Source of the DNA: a virus
IMG/VR virus record: IMGVR_UViG_3300006886_000001
DNA: 42,132 bases
Direction: 5' to 3' (one strand)
Numbering within the stretch: the first letter of the stretch is position 1; every line of letters starts with the position of its first letter. The notes under the pieces were generated by a model. The model was not told the DNA's origin and ran no database searches. It worked only from the letters and a program-made list of their open reading frames with translations. Shown piece by piece: positions 1 through 8,800 of the stretch. Made by a program: the position numbers and the translations under genes.

Positions 1-99
1 GTAGTTACATAGGAAGTTACATAAAACTTCCTATACCTCTTCAATAACCCCACAAAATGGCTATTTTATACCACATGTTGGTAGAGTCTCCAGCCACCA
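1..99. repeat. Terminal direct repeat, left copy (identical to 42034-42132)
   Basis: Read directly. gtagttacataggaagttacataaaacttcc...ctccagccacca occurs at both window ends, 99/99 identical. Either a circular-contig overlap or the att identity segment. Confidence 0.95.
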
Positions 100-271
100 C
101 CCAACAAATCTCATTCAATCTAAATCAGTATCAAAACTCCCTTCACCACAGCATTTTAAAGCATTTTTTAATCTAAATCCGTCTAAGATAATCCCAATAA
201 ATCTTAAAACTTTAGTTACACGAGAAGTTACATTTAAAAATTATGTAACAAAACTCCGAAAAAATGTAACT
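3..271. repeat. attP-like region with six (A)GTTACA(T) sites; candidate arm-type integrase/Xis binding sites
   Basis: AGTTACAT at 3-10, 15-22 and 226-233; AGTTACAC at 214-221. Inverted ATGTAAC at 243-249 and 264-270. All lie in the 279-bp xis-int intergenic segment of the circular map. The pair unit TAGTTACA-N-GAAGTTACAT-AAAA occurs twice. Confidence 0.45.
11..32. promoter_or_regulatory. Candidate recombination core: inverted repeat AGGAAGT-N8-ACTTCCT
   Basis: Perfect 7-bp arms (11-17 and 26-32) flank an 8-nt spacer, the geometry of core-type tyrosine recombinase sites. A second candidate is TACCA-N5-TGGTA at 69-83. No host flank is available to decide between them. Confidence 0.3.
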
Positions 272-291
272 AAAAATGCCAGGAAAAGCCT

Positions 292-1542
292 ATGCCAAGA
301 ACGGTTGCACCTCTTACCGATAAGCAGATAAATAATGCCAAATCAAGCGAAAAATTTTACACTTTAGCAGACGGAAAAGGGCTACAGCTTTTGGTTTCTC
401 CCGATGGTCGGAAGTCATGGGAGATCGTATACCTCTCCCCCGTGACCAATAAACGGCGTAAGTCTTCTTTTGGCGTTTTCCCTACCGTTTCCCTTAAAGA
501 GGCTCGAACGAGGCGCGACGAGTGGCAGGGCTTTGTTAGACAAGGCATCGATCCTATTGATCAAAAAAAAGAGATCAAAAAAGAAGAGAAGTTACATATA
601 GAAAGCAACTTCAAAAACGTTGTTACATATTGGCTCAAAGACCAAGAGACCAGACTTCAACCAAACACATTCCAAAGAAAAAAGTCTTTAATCGAGCATA
701 CCGTGCTCAAAGCGTTCGCAGATCGGCTTATGGAAGACATAGACCACACCGAGATCATCAAGATCATCGAAGTTAAGGCGATACAGACGCCCGAAACCTC
801 TAGGCGGCTCTTTACCTATCTTAACGACCTTTGGCAATTTGCCTGCAGCAGAAAGCTATGCAAGCATAATATCATCGCGAACATTCATAAAAAAAGCACT
901 TTGCCAAAAGTTGGAAAAGTCCACTACTCAAAAGTGACTGACATGGCTATTTTTAAAGAGTTGATCGATGCGATCTATTGCTATCATGGGCATTATTCCA
1001 CGAAAAATGCTCTCAAATTTGTCTTACACTTACCGCTTCGCGCGCAAAATCTTGTAAATCTAAGATGGTCCTGCATCGACATCGATAAAAAAACCCTCAC
1101 CATCCCCAGGGCAGAGATGAAGATAAAAGATAAAAATTATGAAGATTTTACCCTGCCACTCAGCGATGAAGTGATCAACATTTTACAAGAGCAGTACCTC
1201 TTTACCTCAAGCAACACATTTGTTTTTGTCTCAAATAGGGAAAATCACATAAACGAAGAAACCCCCAACAGAGCGCTAGAACGCATGGGATTTAGCGATA
1301 AAAAGCGCGGAAGGCACCAAAGGCTTCATTCATTTAGAGGTACGTTTCGCAGCATCGTAGACACGTACCAAATGGAGCATAAATGCAGTTTCGAGGCAAA
1401 GGAGAAAGCGCTTGACCACGCTGTCGGAAATTCTACCGAGAGAGCTTACACTCACAAAGCCGATCACCTCAAAGAGATGCGGGTTTTGTTGGACTGGTGG
1501 AGCGAATTTATCGTAAAGAATTTAAGTGACAAGAGGCCATAG
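292..1542 (+). CDS. int: Tyrosine integrase, P4-type (N-terminal arm-binding DUF4102-like domain)
   Basis: N-terminus LTDKQINNAK..FYTLADGKGLQLLVSPDGRKSWEIVY is typical of P4-family integrases. Catalytic signature is present: LPLRAQNL (Arg), HSFRGTFRS (His-x-x-Arg), HAVGNSTERAYTH (His...Tyr). Confidence 0.9.
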   Translation: MPRTVAPLTDKQINNAKSSEKFYTLADGKGLQLLVSPDGRKSWEIVYLSPVTNKRRKSSFGVFPTVSLKEARTRRDEWQGFVRQGIDPIDQKKEIKKEEKLHIESNFKNVVTYWLKDQETRLQPNTFQRKKSLIEHTVLKAFADRLMEDIDHTEIIKIIEVKAIQTPETSRRLFTYLNDLWQFACSRKLCKHNIIANIHKKSTLPKVGKVHYSKVTDMAIFKELIDAIYCYHGHYSTKNALKFVLHLPLRAQNLVNLRWSCIDIDKKTLTIPRAEMKIKDKNYEDFTLPLSDEVINILQEQYLFTSSNTFVFVSNRENHINEETPNRALERMGFSDKKRGRHQRLHSFRGTFRSIVDTYQMEHKCSFEAKEKALDHAVGNSTERAYTHKADHLKEMRVLLDWWSEFIVKNLSDKRP

Positions 1543-1552
1543 AAAGCCTCTT
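1531..1552. terminator. Hairpin between the convergent int and spanin genes
   Basis: AAGAGGC (1531-1537) pairs with GCCTCTT (1546-1552) around an 8-nt loop, overlapping the int stop. There is no clear U-tract on either strand. Confidence 0.3.
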
Positions 1553-1562
1553 AACACATCTC

Positions 1563-1802
1563 CTACTTTATGCACGCATCGATGTACGTTTCTCTTTCAT
1601 CCCAATCTTTTTCCAAAGAGAGGTACTTCGTGGAGGTACATACTTCGCGTTCTTTTGTATTTTTTATTCCTGTACATGTAGCCTCTTTAGGCGTCTTACG
1701 CACAGGGCGTTCCATATCACACGTTTTTTGTATGGTGATCTCTTTACTCCCACAACCGCTAAATGCCAGCAGCATCAACAATGCTAGGATCACTTTCGCC
1801 AT
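1563..1802 (-). CDS. Outer-membrane spanin (Rz1-like lipoprotein)
   Basis: Signal peptide with lipobox LLAFSGC. 79 aa. The start overlaps the 3' end of the i-spanin gene, and it is the last gene of the lysis cassette. Confidence 0.7.
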   Translation of the reverse strand: MAKVILALLMLLAFSGCGSKEITIQKTCDMERPVRKTPKEATCTGIKNTKEREVCTSTKYLSLEKDWDERETYIDACIK

Positions 1803-2214
1803 AGTCTTTTACCCCCTTTATTTTTTCTTCAAATCGCTTCATACGCTCTTCGTAAGTACGCTTGATCTCTTGTTGCTTTTTAAGACCAAGCTGAGCATTA
1901 CGCGCTGCATCCGCTCGCTCTTGCGCGCTAAGTGCTTTAACTTGAGAAACCGTATCTTGGAGATCTTCTTTCTCTTTTTGAAGCTTCACAAGCTTTTCTT
2001 CGATCATTTTGATCGCTTCTTTATGCTCATTTTTTAGATCTTTAATCGCTTCTTCATACCCACTTTTTTGCGTTGCATTTTCTACATGTAAAGCGCCGAT
2101 CTTAATGCCTGAGTAAATGCCAAGCGTAAGCAATGCCACACCCAACGCAATCGTAGCAATACCAAAGATCTTGCTATTGCTTGCAAAAAAACTAAAGATC
2201 GCTGTTAACATCAA
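1759..2214 (-). CDS. Inner-membrane spanin (Rz-like)
   Basis: N-terminal TM helix (IFGIATIALGVALLTLGIYSGI) followed by a charged coiled-coil. It sits directly downstream of the endolysin with an overlapping stop/start. Confidence 0.7.
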   Translation of the reverse strand: MMLTAIFSFFASNSKIFGIATIALGVALLTLGIYSGIKIGALHVENATQKSGYEEAIKDLKNEHKEAIKMIEEKLVKLQKEKEDLQDTVSQVKALSAQERADAARNAQLGLKKQQEIKRTYEERMKRFEEKIKGVKDYGESDPSIVDAAGI

Positions 2215-2687
2215 AACTCCTTTAAAAGTAATTGCCCTTCGGCAAGTCTACGCCTAACCAAACCTGCCAATTTTTTACCATCAGCAAGTACCCATCGATT
2301 GATCTGAAACGATGCCTCATTCCAATCTTCCTCTTTCACTTTTCGCTTTAAGGTTGAGATATTGTAATTTCCCTCGCCACAGTTAAAAAAGAAATCTGTG
2401 ATCGCCACAAGACGGTAAGCGTTCTCTCTCTTTCCTAAATTCGGAGAGGCTTTAAGTGCCAGTTGCATTTTATGCAACAACTCGTTTTGTAAGATAGCAT
2501 CACACTCTGCGAATGTCTTAGGCGGATATTTGCTAAGATCTTCATACTTGATTTTACTAAGAAGCTCTCCCCACCCTCGCGTCGCCAATCCTATAGGATC
2601 CCAGTAAGCATAGACCATATCTGCCTTTACTTTATGCAATCCCTCAAACGATTTGGCAAGGGTAGTTCCCATATCTAATGGATTCAT
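2211..2687 (-). CDS. Endolysin, GH24 phage lysozyme family
   Basis: FEGLHKVKADMVYAYWDPIGLATRGWGE matches the catalytic E...D..T region of lambda R / T4 e-type lysozymes. 158 aa. Confidence 0.8.
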   Translation of the reverse strand: MNPLDMGTTLAKSFEGLHKVKADMVYAYWDPIGLATRGWGELLSKIKYEDLSKYPPKTFAECDAILQNELLHKMQLALKASPNLGKRENAYRLVAITDFFFNCGEGNYNISTLKRKVKEEDWNEASFQINRWVLADGKKLAGLVRRRLAEGQLLLKEF

Positions 2688-3133
2688 TTTTTATCAAATA
2701 CTCTATTCAAGTAAAAGAAGTTAAACGTTCCAACTAAAAGCATTTGATCTTCTTTTGTCCAAATAACTTGTAAGGGTGCGTTAGGATTTTGTAAAAACCA
2801 CATGATTTTAATGTAGGCAAACAATCCAAAAAGAAGATAAACACCATTGGGTCGTACTAGATTGTTATAAATATCAACGATCTTATTGCCTGTTGGTGTG
2901 TTCCAAAACTTCATAATGTTTTCAACAATAGTGGGATCAACTGGCTGTGTAGGCTGTGATTTATCTTCGACAGTGTTGTTGCTTATAGTGGAAGAGCGAT
3001 CAAGCAGTGCGAGTTCATGCTTATTATCCATCCACTTATTCCAAAGTTTAAAAAACTCAGGACTTAGACGAATAAGATATGAAACAATATATCCTATGAG
3101 TGAACTCCCTGTGTATTCAATTGCTGTTTCCAT
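2684..3133 (-). CDS. Membrane protein, holin candidate
   Basis: Several hydrophobic segments (LIGYIVSYLIRL, VYLLFGLFAYIKIMWFL, LLVGTFNFFYL). Immediately upstream of the endolysin and overlapping it. Confidence 0.5.
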   Translation of the reverse strand: METAIEYTGSSLIGYIVSYLIRLSPEFFKLWNKWMDNKHELALLDRSSTISNNTVEDKSQPTQPVDPTIVENIMKFWNTPTGNKIVDIYNNLVRPNGVYLLFGLFAYIKIMWFLQNPNAPLQVIWTKEDQMLLVGTFNFFYLNRVFDKK

Positions 3134-3444
3134 TAGTCAACGCTCCTTCTTACATGTAACTGTGCGACAATACTTTTAATCTCTTCCATGCTCTCTCCCA
3201 AATTGGTTAGGCGCAGATCAATTATTTCTTTCGTTACGAAAGCTTTGTAGGCATCATCTCGACTAATGTGCAAATGCTGTATGTCCTTGCACTTCTCTTC
3301 TAGCGTTTTGATAGTAATAGTCTGCGCTTGCAATGTCTCCGTTAAAGACTTGATGCTAAATCGCACCCAAGTGTAAACGACCCCTGCAGTAAAAACAAGA
3401 GATATAATTTGTAAAACAAAGCTTGGTGTGATGGTAATTTCCAC
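3133..3444 (-). CDS. Single-pass membrane protein in the lysis cassette (holin/antiholin-like)
   Basis: N-terminal TM helix (FVLQIISLVFTAGVVYTWV) then a coiled-coil. GTG start. The 3' end carries TTACATGTAA plus AAGGAG ahead of the next start. Confidence 0.45.
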   Translation of the reverse strand: MEITITPSFVLQIISLVFTAGVVYTWVRFSIKSLTETLQAQTITIKTLEEKCKDIQHLHISRDDAYKAFVTKEIIDLRLTNLGESMEEIKSIVAQLHVRRSVD

Positions 3445-3446
3445 TG

Positions 3447-3572
3447 TTACGCTCCCAACACCGGCAATTCTTCCAAAAACACCTCTGTGCTCACAGGCGC
3501 TTCTCGGTCTCCTACCTTAATCGCGTCTAGAAGTAATGTGTTTTGTTCCTGATTTGTGAAAAGTTCTTTCAT
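3447..3572 (-). CDS. Small ORF (41 aa), not in the ORF track
   Basis: ATG at 3572 is preceded by AAGGAAAAAC. The stop lies 2 nt before the GTG start at 3444. Hand translation: MKELFTNQEQNTLLLDAIKVGDREAPVSTEVFLEELPVLGA. Confidence 0.35.
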   Translation of the reverse strand: MKELFTNQEQNTLLLDAIKVGDREAPVSTEVFLEELPVLGA

Positions 3573-3609
3573 GTTTTTCCTTTTTGTCTAAAATATTTAA
3601 AGAGTCTTT

Positions 3610-4041
3610 TTATGCGTATTTCACCCAAAGCTCTGTTTGCTTTACACCTGCAGCGATGACAGCATTTTTGAACGTTTCTCTTGGAATGTTTTGCCACTTG
3701 TCGTTTGCATCTTTCCACTCTTTCACAGCGCCGTCTTCCAACATGGTATAAGTTCTGCTCATGCGCTCTTGGCTTGTCTCATCGGCATCGAGCGTATAGC
3801 CATCAACCTCGACAATAATTTTGCCAAGCTCATACGTGCGTGCTTGTTTTTTTGCTATCTCAAAGAGGGCATCATCGGTGTACATGTCAGGGTGCTCGAA
3901 GCACACCGTTAGGTACGTGTACCCTTCAACCTCCACCCCTTCTACCATCCTTTTTGTAGGGGTAATCCCAACGTTTGCCTGTGTCCTGTTTGCCTCAAAA
4001 TGGGCTGGCATCTTTGTATTAAACTGCTTAATAATCTCCAT
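3610..4041 (-). CDS. Tail-fibre-associated protein (possible fibre assembly/accessory, DUF4376-like)
   Basis: Located directly after the tail fibre gene. The resemblance to fibre-linked domains is from memory only. Confidence 0.3.
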   Translation of the reverse strand: MEIIKQFNTKMPAHFEANRTQANVGITPTKRMVEGVEVEGYTYLTVCFEHPDMYTDDALFEIAKKQARTYELGKIIVEVDGYTLDADETSQERMSRTYTMLEDGAVKEWKDANDKWQNIPRETFKNAVIAAGVKQTELWVKYA

Positions 4042-4061
4042 AATTTTCCTTTCATTTTTTT

Positions 4062-4088
4062 AAAAGCACGGACACGCTAAGCGTGTCC
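4062..4088 (-). terminator. Hairpin plus U-run after the tail fibre gene
   Basis: GGACACGC (4070-4077) pairs with GCGTGTCC (4081-4088). On the minus strand it is followed by GTGCTTTTAAAAAAA. Confidence 0.45.
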
Positions 4089-4107
4089 TATCTACTAGGT
4101 AATGGCT

Positions 4108-5805
4108 CTATAAGCCAGGGCGACCCACAATATTCCAACCTGCATTCGAAGAAGCATTAACCGAAAACCACGTCGACAAACCCGAAAGCGCACCATTATT
4201 CAAAGCGCCGCCGACAATGAGGACGGTACTTCCTGTTGCGCTCCAGCATCCGTCCATTGCTTTTGTTGTCCCCGTTGCGCCAACGGCAGAGGGGATAAAA
4301 CTACCTGCGCTAAAATCGGAGATATACGTTGAACTTGCCCCACTCGTAACATCGTAACCACTATCGAAGTAAGGCGATGCCGTTGTGTCGTCTGTAAATG
4401 TCGACTTTGGCTTAGCTAGGAAAATAGAATAATTATTGCTATTTACACCATCCACAAAATTCCAAAGCGCCGAGTGGTAGTTTTCTATACCTCGGTAAGA
4501 GTTGGCAATAACGCGACTCGAAGAGTCTAAGATGACCCCCGTTCTATTAAGCAAAGAGAGGGTTAAACCGTTGTATTGATCATTGGCACTTGCACTTGTA
4601 TTCCAGTCGTAGCCACGCCATTTGCCTGTATCGAAGTAGAATGTTCCTCTTTCTACAAGAGTAAGAATGTCCAATGCACTTCTTAGAAAGAAGTCTACAA
4701 TGGCAAATCCGCTGCCAAATGCTTGCGCTGATGTACGCGCCTCAGCGCGCGTGATGCCTCCTGTTGCATACACACTGTTTGAGCAGATACTCCGCCCACT
4801 TATGCCATTAAAAGCGCCGTAATAGCGTTGAGATAGAGTTCCTCCACTATTGTCCATAAAAGCAGGATGAATAGCAGATGTTATGACACTTTCTGCCAGC
4901 GTACCGCTTGAAACGCCAGTAGTTGGATTCCAACATGTAGCGACAGGAGCGATAAACCCCAATTCGCTTATAAGATCAAGTGTAAAATTTTCTTTTGAAA
5001 TCGCATAAATGTGATACGTTTTTCCCTTGTCAACAACTTTCGCTTGAATAGTATAAAATTTTGGAATTTTAACCATAACCTGCTGGGTTGATAAAATACC
5101 CGTTTGATCGGTATGAGCGTAGCTATCGGCATTGTATGCTTTTACCTCGGCACCACTACTATTTACAACATATCTTCCTATCGCGCCATAGGGGAGATTT
5201 ACACTGTTGTTTAGCCATTTTGTAAAAGGAGAAATAGAAACGGTGTCGTTGTCATTTTGGCGCGTTGCCGTAGGGCTTAGCCATGCAGAGAATTCGCCAG
5301 TTCCATCTATTGTGGTAAAGTCAATATTTTTGCTGATGCGCTTGTACGCGTCATCCGTTTGGTTCCAAATAAGACCGACTACGGGAGATGTTGTTTGTTC
5401 AATATTGTTTCCGACTGATGCTAAAAGAGCATCTACTTGATCAATTGAGTATGTTGTTTCTTTATCAGCTTTGTATGTTAAACCAATAACAATCTCCTCT
5501 TCTAACTGCGCTAGAAGAGTACCTACTTCTGTTTTTGTATAAAAATATCCTACTTTTAGCGCCTTGGTTTCCACGTCATACTCAAATAGCGTTGTCCACC
5601 CATCATTTGCATGATTTCGATACTTAAAATAATACGTATCTACATCCGCCGTATCAAGCCACGACATAAACGGTGCAGGGTTTAGCGGTTCTTCATTGCC
5701 ACTGTTTTGGGTTTTAACGGCCGCTAAGATAGCGTTAAACGCATCTCTTAGCGCTTTTCCTGATGTATCTTCACCACTTTTAGATTCATAATCAACTACT
5801 TGCAT
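4108..5805 (-). CDS. Tail fibre / receptor-binding protein
   Basis: 565 aa, downstream of the J-like gene. The N-terminus (NSGNEEPLNPAPFMSWLDT...W) is typical of fibre attachment domains. The C-terminal region is Gly/Ser/Asn-rich. Confidence 0.65.
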   Translation of the reverse strand: MQVVDYESKSGEDTSGKALRDAFNAILAAVKTQNSGNEEPLNPAPFMSWLDTADVDTYYFKYRNHANDGWTTLFEYDVETKALKVGYFYTKTEVGTLLAQLEEEIVIGLTYKADKETTYSIDQVDALLASVGNNIEQTTSPVVGLIWNQTDDAYKRISKNIDFTTIDGTGEFSAWLSPTATRQNDNDTVSISPFTKWLNNSVNLPYGAIGRYVVNSSGAEVKAYNADSYAHTDQTGILSTQQVMVKIPKFYTIQAKVVDKGKTYHIYAISKENFTLDLISELGFIAPVATCWNPTTGVSSGTLAESVITSAIHPAFMDNSGGTLSQRYYGAFNGISGRSICSNSVYATGGITRAEARTSAQAFGSGFAIVDFFLRSALDILTLVERGTFYFDTGKWRGYDWNTSASANDQYNGLTLSLLNRTGVILDSSSRVIANSYRGIENYHSALWNFVDGVNSNNYSIFLAKPKSTFTDDTTASPYFDSGYDVTSGASSTYISDFSAGSFIPSAVGATGTTKAMDGCWSATGSTVLIVGGALNNGALSGLSTWFSVNASSNAGWNIVGRPGL

Positions 5806-5814
5806 TTTTCCTCC

Positions 5815-8800
5815 TTAGTATCCTGAGCTGTACCAGTTGCACGTGCGTATAACGTCATTTCCATTGTTTTTAACATTGAGTGTAAATCCTTCCTGTGTTT
5901 CATTTTTTAGTTCTACTTCATCCCCTGTTACTGCATTGCTTATGGTTATTTGGGTATATGGTTTTGGCGCTATGTTGAACGGTTTTGAGAAAGTTATAGT
6001 TGTGGGGGTCGTAGCCGTTCCCTGCTCAAAAATATCTGGCATATCCACAGTGAAACTAAACGTAGAGACGATAGGTCTCACATTTTGATTTGTAGCAATA
6101 AGGACCATGCGCATTTTAAAACTTTGCCCCAAGTAGTCGCCTGCTACAAAAGGCTTCCACCCTCCAAAAATAAGACCATCTTGAGAAATTGCAATTTGGA
6201 TGTTAACAATAAAATCATTAGCGGTGTACCCATCAATATTTTCAACGCTATCTACATCCACAATGTCATCAAAAATATTAAGCATATTTTCTGCATAAGC
6301 ATCAAAGGATGCGCTCACCTTGCATACTTGTGTTGTGCCTATATCGATAACATTTGTGCTTTCATAGTACCCAACGCCATATACCGAGCCATAAGGAAAA
6401 TCAATATTTGCCACGCTATCTACGTCTGCAATATCATCAAAAACAACATTGCTTTCAAGCGTTAAGTTGCCATCGTAAATTCTTGAATTGGTTTTTATTC
6501 CGCCCCAAGTTTCATGCTCATTAAAATTTGCAATAATGTTTTTAGGCAAGATGTTACTGCTTACAATAACACGCGCAGGGTTTAGCGAATAAAGTTTTTG
6601 CCCTGCTTGAGTTACGTATAGTGCTTTGACCATATAAGTGCCGCTTGTTATAGATTTAAGCATTGCTTCGCTTGTTGTAGCGACAACTTGCGCGTAGTCC
6701 CAACTTTCACCTTTGCGTACCTCATAAATGATCGGCGTTTTGGTGCTTGTTATTTTTAGCCAATAAAGATTTTGCGCGCTGTTCTCATGCAAAACGTTTA
6801 TCGCTTCGATGTCATCGATGAGTGTCTGATCTAATGTTGTTTCAGTAAAGGTTGATTTATTGCCAGTAGTGTCTACGGCATATACTCGCACGTTCTGCTT
6901 CCTATCTTTGATAGGGATGGTACATGTAGTCGTTTTTTGGGAAGAGAATAAAACACCGTCTACATAGACATTAAAACTTTTAAAATCAATGGGATATAAC
7001 TCATAATCCCACGTGATTTTAAATTCATCTTGCTGCTCGATATAAGATAAATTTGTAACAGGATCAGGTGGGTTTAGTTTTCCAAGGACGGTATAGTTTA
7101 GAGATAAGCTATTTCCTAATTGATCTTGAACAGTGAGATCATAAATCGTATCATCTACAACTAGATCGATATGGTTGTCATAGCTTTTAACAGAGGTATA
7201 AACACTGTCGGTTGTTTTTTTATATTTGATCGTGTAATAAAGAGAGCTGCCACTCCATGCCAATTGCATAACCGTCTCTATACTTCCATCTTTTGCATAG
7301 CGAATATAGTCTGTTGCTCTAAGATTGCTAAGTCCAAAAGCAGAAATGATAGGCACATCAATAATTGCGCTATCGTTATAGACATCCTCGTTGTATTCAA
7401 GCAAAGTGAGCTTTCGTTTAAGATCTGAGCTCGTGCTGATCTTAAGAACTCTATAAAGCTTAGAAGCTTTTCCAACCTCACCGAAGGCATATTTATCGTA
7501 CTGCTCATAAACGTCTGTTATTGCCGAAGTAAACGTCAATGTATCGGTTGTGTTGTTGGTGTTTGTGACCAAATGGTCTTTGACATTATTGTATTTGTCG
7601 CTGATCTGAATGTAGTATGATTTCCCACTTTCAAGCGTGACCTCACGATCAAGGGTGACGTGTGTTAAAGTACAAGAAGTGATGCGACCACTAAAACCAT
7701 ATTGAGGTGTGTCGTGGCTGGTTTTTACGATGGAGCCATATTTGCAGACTAAAGAGTCTTTGTCGGCTTCTATTTCTAAGGTTTCGGTTAGGTATCTATT
7801 GCAGTTAAGCTGGTATCTGCCGTAGCTTATCGCTTGGCTTCTATCCGTGCATCCTGGCAATGTTACGGCTGTTCTGTTTTCTTCTGCAACGCTGTCATAA
7901 TTTCCGCTAGAAACCTCCACAATGGTAGGATCATAATCCAAATCTGAATCGTAATAGGTCACTTCGATGACGTTGGCACGATCTAAGATAGGAAGAAACG
8001 TTTGCTTAAAGCTATCTTTTAAAATGTTTCCCATACCAAAGGTAAAACACTGCACCGGTATCTCTTCGGCTCTGTCCATTATGACTTCAAATTTTGAGCC
8101 GAACTGGACAACCGAAGCCCTACCAACGGTGCCAACAAGATCGAGCGCTTTGCGAAGTGTCATGGAGGTGTCAAACACTCCGTTAAACGTATACCCTTTA
8201 TTGGTACAATGCGTCGCCCAGTCATCAAAACTAGGCAATAATCTAGCTTCTGTATAGCCGCTCTCTAAAAGCATCTGTTTTGCCACTAAGGAAGGGTTTG
8301 AAGAGTTTGCCGATACGACGCATGAAATAGTTGGCATGCTACCGCTTAATTGGTCCGTTGCTAACGCACGGATAGAAAGCAATGCCGTGCCAGGATATGT
8401 AAAATCGTCACCTAGCTCTTCTGTAATATACTCTAAGTAACACTCGCTTCCATAGCGAGACGAAGAATTTGGTGCTTCATAAAATCTGGCTCTTACATAG
8501 TATTTTGCAGGGGCAAGCCCGCTAAGACTAAATGTTTTTCTAAAAGTTGAAGTAGTGTTATTTGTAATTGTTGTATAGGGCGCAGTCGTTAAAGAGTATT
8601 GAAGATAGTTGTCGCCTCCTCCATTATAGCCCCAATAGGTAACTGGTTTTACATTCCAAGGCAATGTGTTATCATTACGATTTAAATAATTACTATTTGA
8701 TTTTACAGTATTTCCATCTAGCCACCAATGTGTAAAATGCCCTACACTTTTTGCACTGTATACGACCCAATAATCGTCTGTTGGCGTATAAATGTCTGTA

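Noticed and set aside
60-112. Possible tRNA or tmRNA 3' end in the terminal repeat (..ggtagagtctccagccaccaccc), as expected for a P4-type integrase target
   Set aside because: I could not fold a T-arm or acceptor stem on either strand, and no GTTCGAATC-like T-loop is present. It is left unassigned pending a tRNAscan/ARAGORN run and an attB search.
357-548. Antisense 63-aa ORF inside int. Many similar track ORFs lie opposite long genes, for example 1570..2037, 2886..3179, 3637..4063, 5207..5440, 5837..6465, 7171..8257, 9314..9688, 11918..13788, 14225..15439, 15894..16247, 17297..18127, 18806..19524, 20485..20673, 23263..24909, 26670..26987, 29819..30424, 31026..31962, 33590..33958, 34361..35239, 38798..39106 and 41026..41595.
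   Set aside because: All are embedded in, or opposite to, longer ORFs that have recognisable phage motifs and tight gene packing. None has an RBS or junction pattern of its own. They are treated as shadow ORFs.
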